Of a stretch of DNA of 64,000 bases, positions 12,600 to 25,110 are shown one piece after another. The position numbers and the translations under genes are program-made. The stretch is taken from positions 77,130,001-77,194,000 of the forward strand of contig NC_045696.1 of assembly GCF_009834535.1 (NCBI RefSeq). Reading direction: 5' to 3'. Under the pieces are notes generated by a model that saw only the letters and a list, made by a program, of their open reading frames with translations, ran no database searches and was not told the origin of the DNA. Every line of letters starts with the position of its first letter. The stretch's first letter is position 1. This stretch comes from Camelus ferus (lineage: Eukaryota).

Positions 12600-12787
12600 T
12601 AGAGTTGCCAAATTTAGCAAATAAAAATACAGAAGCTTCTCCTAAATTTTAATTTCAGGTGAACAACAAATAATTTTTAATGTAAATATGTCCTAAATAG
12701 TGCGTGGTGCATACTTTTACTGAAATTTGTTCTTTATTTGGAATCTGAATTTATCCAGGAATCCTGGATTCTATCTGATAACCTTAC
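12600..12787. mobile_element. MER53 palindromic hAT-type MITE
   Basis: gttgccaaatttagcaaataaaaatacag...tatctgataacctta; self-complementary along its length; flanked by near-identical (c/t)tctagat. Confidence 0.88.
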
Positions 12788-13116
12788 TTCTAGATTACTG
12801 CCTTCCTTAGTTTGGTTAAACTGTCTTTCAGAATTCCCAGGCTGACTTTTTCAAGTCAAGATTTGACTCAAGTGCCACCTACTCCAAGAAGGCTTCTGTG
12901 ATCTTTCCTCTCAGAGGTAATCTCTTCTTCCTGACTTGGGCAGAATTTAATCTACATTTGCCTGTGATATTTACCAGATTCAACCTTATATTAAAATTAT
13001 ATATTTATCTTATCTACTGTACTAAATAGAAATTATTTGAGGGCCAGAGTTTTTTATAATTCAGTTTTCCATCTTGCTCAGCATGTAGCTCAGCTCCTTG
13101 GGGTGGTAGGCATTCA

Positions 13117-13147
13117 GAAAACAAAACAAAACAAAACAAAACAAAAA
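13117..13147. repeat. (AAAAC)n microsatellite at the end of an L2 fragment (~12860-13116)
   Basis: aaaacaaaacaaaacaaaacaaaacaaaa. Confidence 0.9.
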
Positions 13148-14259
13148 ACACTTTGTTCTTACTTGATTTGACTTGCTGAAATAAGACAACAGCAACACTT
13201 AATAATCAAGAGAGACAGAAACAGGTGCAAAAATTTCTGCCCTATGGTGGAACTCCAAGTCTTTAACAAAACGCTCCCTGTTTTCTAAAGTGCTGCCTCT
13301 TCAGCAAACCGCTGGTGTGACCTACACTCAAACTTCATCATCAGGCACAGACTCCCCATTTCCCTGATTTATTATAAAGGATTAAAGTGCTCACTGGTAT
13401 TTACTTTCGATGATTTATGCCTAGATTATGTTTACAGTCAGTGTGGAAGAAATATTGAAGGGTGTATTCATACCAACATTTTTCAGAAACAGCCTGGCTG
13501 TGTGTGGGTTGGCAGTGCATAATGAACAGAAGCAGGAGAACCAGACTCATCTTCACCAGCAGTAATCCAGTTCTGTACTGATTGTGGGATAGAGATGCTC
13601 TTTATTCATTCTTTCACTTTTCAGCCAATCATTGGGCCATTATTCATTGAATCAGTTGAGAAACATGCTTATGTTTTAAACTGGGTGATGCCTTTAATCC
13701 CTTTCTTATCATTGGTACTTTTACAATTAACATTCAGTGGAATTCCTTTATATTCTTCATGCCAAGAGACAGAAGAAATATCCTCCTTAAATTGTAATTA
13801 AAAATTTTTAATATTTTTTATATGCTATTTTTCTTCAATTGGCAAGCTGTGGGTCACCAGTTTGTAGAATACTATTAGGTATATTCCATTCTTGACACTT
13901 GGAAAAAAAAAGTTTCTGTCCACAAATAAGGTTGGAAAATACCAGGTTTAAGAGACTTCTTTATTGCAGAGTTGAGATATTTTAATATATACAATTGCTT
14001 GTATAATAATAAGTCTAATCTTTGTGTGCTTTACTTACTGATATTCTTTGGGAAACAAAACCATCTTATATTAGACTCTCATTGTACAAACTTATATTTT
14101 AGGACTAAGACTTGATCTGTATATATAAACTTATATGGTAACTTATGCTATACAGCTTCTATTGTGATTAATATCTGCTAAATGTCAGGTTAGCAAACCT
14201 TTCTTTTTTCCCCTCAAAAAAATGATGTGCAAGATACATCAAGTAATGTGTTAATTGGG

Positions 14260-14763
14260 TGTGTCAGTCAGAGTTCATTCAGGGAGACAGAAACGCTATG
14301 AACGTTGTGGAATAAGGAATTTATTGTGGAATACTAGCTCCCACAGTGGTAGGGGAAGGAGGGTCTGCAAGGAGGAGTTAGAGAATCAGAGCAAAGTCAT
14401 TAATGGGCCTTCTAAACCCGGGGACGTCCAGTTACTAGATTGGGACCACAAGGTAGAGCTGGGAGAGAAGAGGACGGAAGGCTACTTTTCCTGAGTCTGG
14501 GGTCACTACCGGTCAGCAGGATGAGCAGATAGGAAGGAGAGCTGGACGTGGGGTGAGAGCCAGTGAGGACAAGTGGGAATCTGATGCCGCTTTGCATTCT
14601 GTTTCACACTCCTAATCATGGTGACTTTCAAAGTTTAATGGCGACTGCTTTGCTTCTGCCTTTCAGATCTCTCACACGCTTCATTTTCCTGCCAACACTA
14701 ACAAGAAAATAGTCAGGGAAGGGAACTGTGGGAAGTGTAGTTCAGCTTATAGAAACTGACACA
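14260..14763. mobile_element. ERVL-class solo LTR (LTR33-like)
   Basis: Starts TGTGTCAGT and ends ACTGACACA (9-bp terminal inverted repeat); contains agggaagggaactgtgggaagtgtagttcagc, typical of this group. Confidence 0.7.
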
Positions 14764-15477
14764 GAATAAAGGCCCTGCAGTGAGATTTGCGATATTCCTG
14801 AGTTCCTATCAGAGAAGAAACCTTTGCATCACGTGTCCTAGTTCTTCGTCCTATCTCTGCTGTTAGTGATGTATGATCTTGGGCAAGTGACTTACTTTGG
14901 GCTTCACTTTCCATATTTTCTAAAGGAGCAGCAGGGAGGCACACAGGGACTCTCTCAGTTTTGAGATTTGAAGAGAATTAGGGGCATCCTCAGCCCCTAA
15001 TTTGATAAAATGTATTTTGTAGAAGCCTAACAAAGACTGTATAGTCATATTCTGGGAGTGTAATAAACATTAGATACAAGTTTGGTAAAATTCATTTGCT
15101 CTTGCCAGGACCAAAATAAGAACTGTCGAAGGAGACGCTGACTGTATTCTAGAACCATAAGGGCAGAGTTACAGAAGAAAAAGGAAAAAAAAAAAAAAAA
15201 CTACCCCATTTCAAGCTGAGTTTTAAAAAAAATTCACTTTCCAGTGTCATTTCTCCCTCCAAATTATTATATGTTGCAGTTTTTCTAAGAAGTTCTAAAC
15301 GATTGGTTTTTCTTGCTTTGCAGTTTTTTCAGTGATTATAAGAGATAAAACTTGCTTCATTGGTAGAGTTAATTTCTGTGTGAATTTAAATGGTTAATAG
15401 AGGAAGTAGTTTTGACATACTGAAGCAAGATTGCTTTTTCTGGTACTAAAGGGCACGTGTATGATACTTCGCTTTCC

Positions 15478-15587
15478 TAACCTGCTGACGCAGAACCGAC
15501 TGTACTTGGCCATTTTATCTAAGGGACTTGAGTATCCGTGGGGGGTCCTGGAAGCCATTCCCAGTGGATACCAAGGGATGCCTGTAT
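15478..15587 (-). mobile_element. TcMar-Tigger (MER2-like) terminal fragment
   Basis: Reverse strand reads ta-caggcatcccttggtatccactgggaatggcttccaggacccccc...ctcaagtcccttagataaaatgg, matching the MER2/Tigger TIR start. Confidence 0.8.
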
Positions 15588-15599
15588 GATGCATTACTT

Positions 15600-16300
15600 T
15601 TGTCAAACATTTATGAGCCACCTACTGTATCCTAGTAACTCTGGTAACACTGGCAATACAGTAGTTCAAAGAAATACAAGCAACAGGCTGGCTCTGTTGC
15701 TGTGCAAATGTCCGTACAGATCATTTCAGTGGAAGGAGCTGGATTCGATGATAGATTTAGTCACACAGAAGAAGGCCAAGAAAGATATCTTCGAAGAGGT
15801 GGTATCTGAACTGAAGTGATTATTTTTCCTCTTAGTTTTGTCTGTTTGCTACAGTTTAATGAAAGGGAGTCAGCCTGACAAAAGGAAGAGAATAAGAAGG
15901 GAAATCTAGCACAGCAACATCAAATAAGAGGTGGAAAGACTGGCTCTTTGTCGCGCTGTGTGTGGGACATTGAGCTGTGCACCCTGTTTAGTTCCAGTAA
16001 AAATCCCATAGATTAGAGCTATTATTAAGTTTGTTTTTGGGGTTTTTTTTGTTTTTTTGTTTTGTTTTGTTTTGTTTGCATGTCAGGTATGACAAGAATC
16101 CAGGCTAGAGTGTTAAGGGGAGCCTAGGTTCATCTAGTGTCTAAGTTGGGCTTGTTTTCCGAAGGAGAAGATACCGAAAAGTGTTCAACACAAGTTTGGC
16201 ATAGTCAGATATTTGGAGGATGGTTTTGAAATGGGTGGAATTTGTAAGGATAGGAACCAATTAAAACATAATAGTAATATTACAGGCCCAGCTGAGGATA
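15600..16300 (-). mobile_element. L2 LINE 3' fragment, degraded
   Basis: caaacatttatgagccacctactgtatc...gaggtggtatctgaactgaag. Confidence 0.6.
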
Positions 16301-16549
16301 TAGAGAGCATTTTATTACATAGTCTGATCAAAAACATTGGGCTATGGGGAAATCAAAGTTAGTCATCAAATACTCACTTTTAAAATAATTACAGATCTTC
16401 ATACCTTATAGCATGTAAACTGTAACCAAAACCTGATTGCAGTTTTAGTCAGGTTTTTGTTTGTTTTGTTTTTTAAATTTGGTTACTCAACCTGTGATGG
16501 GCCGTCAAGTTCCAAATAGTTGAGCTGGCATGATCTGTGTCACAGAGAG

Positions 16550-16974
16550 TGTAAGTAGCCAACCCTTATCTGTTGTCCCCTTCTTCATTAGTAAAAGGAG
16601 ATAATAAGGCAGCAGTCCACACAGCTAAAAATAAAACATTTCCTTCCCCAGTATGTCCTGTAGTTACAAGCGGCCACGTGACCTAAATCTGCCTAATGAG
16701 TTGTAAGTGGTAGCCTGTTGGGACTTCTGGGAAGATTTTGTAAGCTTCATAAATCTACCACATTTATTTTCCTGCCTACAATCCAGCTGCCATGGCCAGA
16801 CAGGCAGTGGCCATTTTTGTGACCACACATCAAGAATGATAAAGTAGGAAGATTGAGAGAGCCTGGTTACCAGAACCAGTGTGAACTATCAGTGCTGAAC
16901 TGCCAAGCCCAGGTCTCTTGTTATTTGAGAAAATAAATCCCTTTCCTGGTAAAAAAAAATAAATAAATAAACTA

Positions 16975-17056
<82 letters not shown>

Positions 17057-17105
17057 CCACTGTTTTATGGTTTTTATTATATATGGCTGAATGCATCCTG
17101 ATTTC
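16550..17105 (+). mobile_element. old MaLR LTR (MLT1H/I/J-like), interrupted by an A-rich/(TA)n tract
   Basis: ggccacgtgacctaaatctgcctaatgag...ggccatttttgtgaccac...aataaatcc...ccactgttttatggtttttatta. Confidence 0.7.
16951..17053. repeat. poly(A)-rich tract followed by (TA)~30
   Basis: Read directly from the sequence. Confidence 0.97.
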
Positions 17106-17856
17106 TTGGTATAATTGTGTCACCTTTCCCAAAAACAATCTCAAAAGAAGCAGTCTCGGAGGAGATGGTGATGTAAGTTGTCTCCTGAGTTTATCCAGTC
17201 AACTCATCTTGACATTCTCCAAGCAACTGAATATTCTTTGGTTGAAAGAACAACGTTCTGTAAAATGTGCAAACTTCATTTTTTTTTTCAGTAGATGAAA
17301 TCTTTCAGCAACTTTTCTCACTGGTAGATTATAATAAGAAGATATGAAAAGCTTTTGGCTCACTTTGTGATTTTACAACAGAAACAAGAAAAGAATTGTG
17401 GAAGCATCCTGAAAAGAAAGGCCAGAAATGGCTAAAATAGCCACCGGACAAAACTGAATTCTACTACTTGGTCAGAGTGTCATCAAAACGTGTGATAGGT
17501 GATTAAAAAGCCAGCCTGTTTTGTCTTGAGCTGGAAAGGGTCCACCTCAATCAAGTAGTTGACAAGCAATTATCTCACATGATTTTCTTCAAAGACCTGG
17601 AGGCGTGGACCTTCCTCGGAGATCATTTTTAATTTTTCATTCAGGTTTATTTAAGCAGCATTTTAAAGCATTAGCCTATAGGTCACAAACAAGAAAACGT
17701 CACCAAAGGTTTAGGTCCAAATTGGAACCCACTCTTTGTTGTTGATTAAGATATACTGCCCCTCAGTAGTAAAAGTATGGGCAAAACCGCTAAGGGAAAC
17801 TCAATCCGGGTAAACTTAAGCAGTTTGAATTGAAAAGAAAGTTGTCTAAAAGACAC

Positions 17857-19105
17857 AGGTAAATGGAGTCTTTTCAACATGTGGTGTGGGAACAACTGGA
17901 TATTATATGAAAAAACAGTCTAAACAATATACCTGATACATTTCACAAATATGAATTCAAAATGGATCATAGACCTGGATGTAAAATACAAAACTATATG
18001 ACTTCTAGAAGATAAAATAGGGAAAAAAATCTACAGGACTTTGGATTTGGCAATGAGTTTGTAGCTACAACACCAAAAGCATGATCCATGAAAGAAAAAA
18101 AAAAGTTGGACTTTCTTGTAATTAAAAAGTTTTGCTCTGCAAAATACACTGTGAAGGCACTGGTGATCATGTTGTAGTGTATACCAATGATGAATTATAA
18201 TGCTGTATACCTGAGATTTATATAATAAAAAAATTAAATTGAACATTAAAAAAAAAAGATATTATGAAGAGATTCAAAAGATAGACAATGTGGATGCTTC
18301 TCCACAGACAGGGAGAATATATTTGCAAAGTTCATAATAAAGAACTTGTATCCAAAATATACAAAGAGCTTTTAAAACTCAACATTTAAAAAAATGAACA
18401 ACCGAATTAAAAAATGGGCAAAAAATCTGAATGGACACCTCATGGAAGAAGATTTACAAATGGCAAATAAGCACATGAAAATACACTCCGTATCATATGC
18501 CATAAGGGAATTGCAAATTAAAACAGTGAGGATATCTATACAGGCAATTAAAACAATGAGGATATTTATATATATCTATACCTGTTAGAATGGCTAAAAT
18601 CCAAACAGTTCACATTAGCAAACACTGGCCAGGTTGTGGAGCATTAGGAACCCCCCATCATTGGTGTTAGGAATGAAAAGTGATTTAGCCATATTGAGAG
18701 ACAGTTTTGCAATTTCTTACAAAGCTAAACGCAGTCTTACCATATGACCCAGCAATTGTGCTCCCAGGTATTTACCCATTTTATCTGAAAAGTTATACCC
18801 ACATAAAAACCTGCACACAGATGTTTATAGCAGACTTATTCATAATTGCTCAAACTGGAATCAACCAAGGTAAATAGAACTGTGGCACATACATACAATG
18901 GAGTATTATTCACTAATAGAAATGAGTTATCAAGCCATGAAAAATGCATGAGGGAAACTTATATGAATCTTATTAAGTGAAAGAAGCCGATCTGAGAGTC
19001 TACATACTGTATGATTCCAACTACATGACATTCTGCAAAAGGCAAAACTATCTGTTCATTTTTTCTATAAATCTAAAACCGTTGTATATAATGAAGGGTC
19101 TATTG
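17857..19105 (+). mobile_element. L1MC/L1MB-type LINE, ORF2 C-terminal part and 3' UTR with an internal deletion near 19050
   Basis: gtcttttcaacatgtggtgtgggaacaactgg...attaaaaaatgggcaaaaaatctgaatggacac (ORF 18394: IKKWAKNLNGHL...MANKHMK, L1 ORF2-like)...ctaaaacc. Confidence 0.92.
18158..18258 (+). mobile_element. short L1 3' tail (L1MA9-like) nested in the older L1
   Basis: ggtgatcatgttgtagtgtatac...ataatgctgtatacctgaga...poly(A); decayed duplication aaatacactgtgaag / aagatattatgaag on either side. Confidence 0.65.
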
Positions 19106-19234
19106 ACTTTAAAATCTTAATTTAAAATCTTAGAGTAGTAATTTACTGTAAGTGGCACCAGAAATTGTCAACAGGTCAATTCTAAAAGGAAAGAAACAAT
19201 AACCACCTTAAGGCCATGTTTTGTCATTAAACTT

Positions 19235-19395
19235 GTAACTAATCACAACACACCTTAAGAGGAAAGAAATATTATCTTAATTTTTACAGATGAAGACACT
19301 AAGTCTTAGTAATTCTGCAAGTTGTGTAAGATCACACAAGCAGGAACTGTTGGAACCAGGCCCAAACCCACTTCCTTCTGAGGGTAAATCCCAAA
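19235..19395 (-). mobile_element. MIR SINE
   Basis: ctaatcacaacac...ttttacagatgaagacactaagtcttag...aagatcacacaagc. Confidence 0.75.
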
Positions 19396-19419
19396 GCTGT
19401 CTAAACCCACCATAGGTAT

Positions 19420-19625
19420 ACACTTGGGCTCTGGAATGAGCAGACCTTGCTTCACATCCCAGCTCTGCCATTTCCCAGCTAGCTAACCCTAGGCAAATTA
19501 CTTACATCTGTCAACCCAATTTTCTTAATCTCAAATTAACAATAATTCCACTTTATGGGGTTATTATTGGAAATAAAGGTCTTAGCCTAAAGCCTGTAAC
19601 ACGTTAATCAATGCAGAATTACTTC
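19420..19625 (+). mobile_element. MIR SINE
   Basis: gggctctggaatgagcagac...atcccagctctgccatttcccagct...ctaggcaaattacttac. Confidence 0.8.
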
Positions 19626-20623
19626 CTATGGTCAGCATCATCATCACCTGTAGCAGTGGCCATGGGTGAGTTAGTGATTGGAGGAAGTATGTGGAAAAAG
19701 AGCAAGCACATAGAAGAGCCCACAGTTATCAAAAGCAGAGAATTAATTTTTACAAAGGAAGAGGGTGCAAGACTAGTCAGAGCTGGCACAAGTCTGGGAT
19801 CATGCTATTCTTCATCTTTCTTCTTTCCTTCAGCATGTTTATGTAGATAAAGTCAGGCAAAAAAAAAAAAAAAAAAGAATTTACAGGGCTATTACTTTAG
19901 CTACTCCTTTAACAGAAAAGTGAGTCATAAAAGTACTGCTCTAGGTGGATGTGAAGCCAGAGAAGCCTCTTTTTCCTACTTGTCTCTGGTATTAAGTGGA
20001 TATGGTGGGAAGAATCATGCAAGAGTCTTTTTCTTTGGGGATTCTAAAGCAGAAACAGTTAGACCTCCCCCTTCAATTGCTTCCCTAAAGCACAAGTGTA
20101 ACTGGCAGGTTGGAGTTCTAGAATAATTACACAACAGAGTTAAATTTCCAAAATGTTTCAAATGCTTGGGAGGAAATTCTGGATATCTAAAGTGAAGTTT
20201 CTGGATTAGTGTACCACTTATACTGACTTCGATACATGGACAAAGTCTGTGACACAATGCCTGGCAAATAGCAGGTGTGCTGTCAACACTGGATGAATGA
20301 CTAACTCCTCTGTGCCCACCCCCATAGTGCTGAGCTTCCTGGGTGTGCCTCTGAAACAACTGCCATTTAACTGCCTCCTCTGGGAGAGTCTGAGGATAAC
20401 TGAGTAGACTTTTGGAAGCATCAGTGAATTACTGAATAACTCCATGTATGTCTGGCCCCAAAGCACAATCCTGAAAAAGGAGGACAAGCAGTAGGTTGAT
20501 GGTGATCTTCTCTGGACCAAGGAAAGGAGATGATTTTCTCTAACTCCTCTAGTAAGATTTTAAAAAATAAGAGTGGAAGCTAAGGTTGGAGCAGACATTT
20601 AGCCAGGCTCTTCACTTGGACCC

Positions 20624-20999
20624 TGTTATGGACTGAATATTTATGTCCCCTCAAAACTGGTATGTGGAAGCACTGACCCCTCAATGTGATAGTATTTGGA
20701 GGTGGGGCCTTTAAGAGATAATTAGGGTTAGATTAGGTCATGAGGGTGGGGCCCCAGTGAAGGGATTAGTGTCCTGATAAGAAAAGGAAGGGAAAACAGA
20801 GCTTTCTCTCTCTGACTTGTGAAAACACAGTGAGAAGGTAGCCCCCTGCAAGCCAGGCAGAGAGCTCTCACTAGAAGCTGACCATGCACCCTGATCTCAG
20901 ACTTCCAGCCTTAAGACCTGTGAGGAAGTAGACTTCTGTTGTTTAAACCACCCATCGAGTGATGGTATTTTGTGACGGCAGCCCAGGCAGATTCCGACA
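20624..20999 (+). mobile_element. complete MLT1A-type solo LTR
   Basis: TG...CA termini; tgttatggactgaatatttatgtcccctcaaaa...gtatttggaggtggggccttt...tggtattttgtgacggcagccc; 5-bp TSD gaccc/gactc. Confidence 0.93.
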
Positions 21000-21285
21000 G
21001 ACTCTCTGGGCATGGTGATAGTCACAGTAGAACCTGGAGGAGAAGAAAGGAGAAGCAGCACCTGGAGTATGTGACTCTTGCTTTAATTAACAACATAAAG
21101 TGTCTGATACCGTTATGATCCAAACTGAGCTGAACAGGGCTGTACAAGGCAACCAGAGGAGGAGGTGCTTAAGGGATTGTGCTATCAGCCAGTTATTCTG
21201 AGAATTAAAGCTCATTAGTTGTTTTTTTTTGTTTGTCATGTTTTTCAGTGATCATTGTAAAGTGATATAATTTAACTTACATAAC

Positions 21286-21458
21286 ATATATTTCATCAAT
21301 TCTAAGATACATTTGTTTTTGTTCATATTTTCCCATATCTGAATCTAGAATATGTTTTATAAGCAATGATATCTTTCAACATTTTCTCTTTTAATTTAAT
21401 GGCTCATAAAATAATGATGCCTCTTACAATTGAACCTCTTAGAGCTGATAAAATATGA
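21286..21458 (+). mobile_element. MER104 (TcMar-Tc2) MITE
   Basis: tatttcatcaattctaagatacat...cataaaataatgatgcctcttacaattg...cttagagctgataaaatatg, with inverted ends. Confidence 0.8.
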
Positions 21459-21509
21459 TGTGAAGAACATAACAGGTACTTTCATTACCTCCTCATGTGA
21501 TTATTTCTC

Positions 21510-22190
21510 TATTCATTCAGTAAACATGTATTTACTTAACAAATAGCATTTTGGGTTCCACTTGTACTTGGTACTGGAGTTAAAGGTGAATCAGGCCCGT
21601 GTCTTCAAAGAACTCCCTGCTGACAAGAGAGACTTGCACACAGATAAAAAGGTGAAGGATAATAAGAGTCTGAAGTAGGTCGCAGTGAGGATGAGAAGGA
21701 TCACATAGAAATGGAAACGAGTAAGGAGACAGGAGTGAGAAGGAGCTGGTAAAATGTGGGTAATGGTATGAATTTTCAAGGTAGAGAATACAAATGGAAA
21801 ATAGGTTTTGATAGGAACCTAATAAATTTTAGATACCTAATCTAAATAAATAAATATCAAACATTTGGGAACTGATGTGAAGGAACTGGACCTAAGGAAA
21901 GAGCCCCAGGAAGGTTATTTGCATGTTTGCATCATTGGTTTGTAGTTGGCCTGAGTATTAGTGAAATTTCTCAAGATAAACACGTGGAGTAAGAAAAATC
22001 CAAGGATAGGACTTTTGGGTACACCAGGACAAAAGTGATCAGAGAAAGAGGTAATCTGGAGGGAGTAGTCTGTGGGAAGCTACAGAGGAGAGTTCCACGA
22101 ACAGACATTGCTCTTGAAAGAATTGGATGAGATGGGTCTGCAGAGTCTATTAGATGTGGAGATTTAAGTGATAGTTGATGTTATTATTAA
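21510..22190 (-). mobile_element. L2 LINE fragments
   Basis: attcattcagtaaacatgtattta...gtcttcaaagaactc; purine-rich antisense L2 blocks. Confidence 0.55.
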
Positions 22191-23666
22191 AGGCATTCTC
22201 TGGACTAATATTTGTTTCCCTGGCTTTTAATTAAGCAGTTGTTGAGCAATGACTATGTAAAGAGTATGTTTTCATGTGTTGCAAACTACTAAGGAAAGCT
22301 TTGTTTTATATGTTACACAACATGTCTTATACAGGTCCTGTCCAACTGAATTCCTTCAAGATTTAGTGTAAGGAAAATTTCTGTCTATTTGCAGAACTAT
22401 TACATTTCCTTTAATCAGAAATGAGAATATGTGATCCATTATTTCACTTTTTCTCTTGGCTGCCAGGAAAAGAAATGCTCAATCTTAGTGACCTTCTGAC
22501 CTCTGACTCTGGGTAGAATAATCTCTTTTTGCTCTTTCTTTCCTAATCTCATTTTGATTTTATCATTTATGTTCTTGTGTGCTTTTTAAAAGGAATTTCA
22601 AATATATTTTGGATAGATGGGAAATATAAATTATAGATAACTAAGAATAAATAAAAACATGACCATCATGATGTGTTTTAGAATTCATTTGATTTTTCTA
22701 CTGAAATAAGGTCTAGGGCATGAGTTACTAGTTAATATTAATGTGTAGAAATGAAGGTTTCCATTGTTGGTCTCCCTTTGCGTGGTCTGTGACAGCAGCT
22801 CTTTATTCAAACTATTTTAAGAGTTGAGCTCATGTCATTAATGATTCAGGTGCACTAATCAAATAATAAACCCTAAATCCACATTGATTTCAATCTCTAT
22901 TCAGGACACTAGGGAAAATAATCAGTGTTTGCAGAAGGAATGAGGAAGATTGGGAGGGAAATAAATGTTATTTTTAAAACCCCTTTGGAATATATTAAAT
23001 AGGGAGAAAAATTTGACAGCTATTTTAAAGTTAATTGACAGCTTTTCGTAAAAATATCATATTCTTTTCTAATTTAAGTGACAGTTACGCCATAACACAC
23101 TTAGAAATTTTAGTATAGAAAGTAGTATGTTTTTTATTGTTTTAAGAATGTTCTTAAATTTATCTCATTGGTGATAACTGAGAAAATAGAAGTACCCAAA
23201 TTTCTTACAGAGTTTTATGGATCATGCCCTGGGTGGATGTGATCAGTTTTCAATGGTTTTTAACAAAAAGTCTGATAGGAGCAGAGGATGACCTACTAAT
23301 GGTTAGTCATAGGTACAACTTTTAAGAAATTACAAGACGTCAGTTACTGTGCACACAGTCTTACATGCATTGTTGTATTAAGTCCTCACACCAGAATGAT
23401 CATTATCACTGTTTTTCAAATGAGGAAACAGGGTCCAAAACATCACCCAGCCCAAAGTGCCAGACTTAGGATTTAAACCTATGATTTTAATCATTATATT
23501 CTATTGACGTGGAATTCATTCTTCTCAACTGCAGTTATTCTTCAAGTTTTGCCTACTTTACCTTTTAAATATTTATGAAGTCCATTCTCTAACCATTGTC
23601 AGTATTCATTCCTAGGTCACTCTATCTTTGTTTTATTCCTGAACTATTGCAAAAGCGTCAAAGTTA

Positions 23667-24590
23667 GAGATTTCCAGGATGGCAGAATGAAGAGGATACC
23701 ATATTCTTTATTCAGAAAGCAACTATAAAACTATAGAAAATGATCAAAAACGACCAGAGCCCTGGAAATTGACAATGATTTAAAACAAAATGAGAAGCAC
23801 TGGTTAGTGAAAAGTTAACCCTTCAGATAAGGAAAGTGGGAATCCAAAGCATTCTTACACCATCGCTGCATCCACTTTGATAATAAATAGCAAAATGGCA
23901 GACATAAATTCAGCCATACCAATAATTACATAAAATGTGAGCAGACTAAGTACCCAAACCCAATGTAGACATTGTCAGACTGAAAACAAAGAAAGGTCCA
24001 ACTCAATGCTCTCTGTAAGAAACACATTGTAGATTTAAATGGAATTACATTGAAAGTGAAAGGATGGAAAAAATATACCATGCAAACAGTAACCATCAAG
24101 GATCTGGAATGACTACATTAATGTTAGACAAAATTGACTTTAAGACAGATTCATGACTACAAAGAGGAACATTTTGCAGTGATAGAAGGGTCATTTTTTC
24201 AGAAAGTTATAATAATACTAAATATACACACCTAATGAGAGTGCCCCTGAATATGTAACGCAAAAGCTAACGAAGTGAAAGGAGAAACAGACATCTGAAC
24301 AGTAATAACTGGAGACTTTTACACTCCACTCTCAAAAATGGATGAACTAGACAGAAGGTCAGCAAGGATATAGAAGACTGAACGACACTAACCACCACCT
24401 TGACCTACCTGACATTTATGAAGCACTCCAGTCACTCATCAGTTGGATACGTATTCTTTTCAAATGCACATGGTGAATATCCAGATTAGATAAAGTGTTA
24501 GTCTGCAAAACAAATTTCAATGAATTTAAAATGACCAAAGTCATGCAAACTATGTCCTCTGAACACAACAGAATTAAATTAGAATTGAAC
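23667..24590 (+). mobile_element. old L1M: 5'-end fragment (~23667-23860) joined to the ORF2 endonuclease region (~23884-24590)
   Basis: tttccaggatggcagaatgaagagg (L1 start-like); ttgaaagtgaaaggatggaaaaaatataccatgcaaac (LKVKGWKKIYHAN, L1 endonuclease); aaggatatagaagactgaac. Confidence 0.85.
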
Positions 24591-24779
24591 CAAGCCCTAG
24601 GCATCATCCCAAAGGGTACAAAATCCCAGTCCACTAGACTTGAAACCTTGTTCACCTGTACCTTATTTATGCATGTTGATTAGTATCTCTAAAATATTTA
24701 GACTGCACTTGTGTAGAATACTGCTGAATCTACTATTAATAGCCGGTAAGAAAAATAACAAGAAATTCATCTCATCAAT

Positions 24780-25110
24780 TTAGTCATGAAATATTTCCTG
24801 AGTGCCAACTCTGTGCCAGGTACTGTTTTGGTGTTGACGACACAGTAATGAGCAAGAACAAACTTCTAAAAAAAAAACCCAAAAAACCCCAAAAACTCCT
24901 GCTGTCACTGAGCTTACATTTTAGAGGGAGATAAAAGAAAATCAAGTAATATATAAATTTCATATATATTTGAGAGTAATAAATGTTATGACGGAATATT
25001 AAAGAGGTCATGAAGGTAGGGAATGCTGGGGTGATGAGGTAGGGTTGTAAATTTAAAGTCAGGAAAGTCCTATTGAGAAGGTGATATTTGAGCAAAAGCT
25101 TGGAGGACTC
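24780..25110 (-). mobile_element. L2a-type 3' end
   Basis: aatatttcctgagtgccaactctgtgccaggtactgtttt...gagcttacattttag...gagaaggtgatatttgagcaaa. Confidence 0.85.

Noticed and set aside
18394..18588. 64-aa ORF with real protein similarity
   Set aside because: It is a remnant of the L1 ORF2 C-terminus inside a decayed element, not a host gene
19235..19625. Oppositely oriented adjacent MIRs as a possible dsRNA hairpin
   Set aside because: The copies are too diverged to pair extensively, and adjacent MIRs are common
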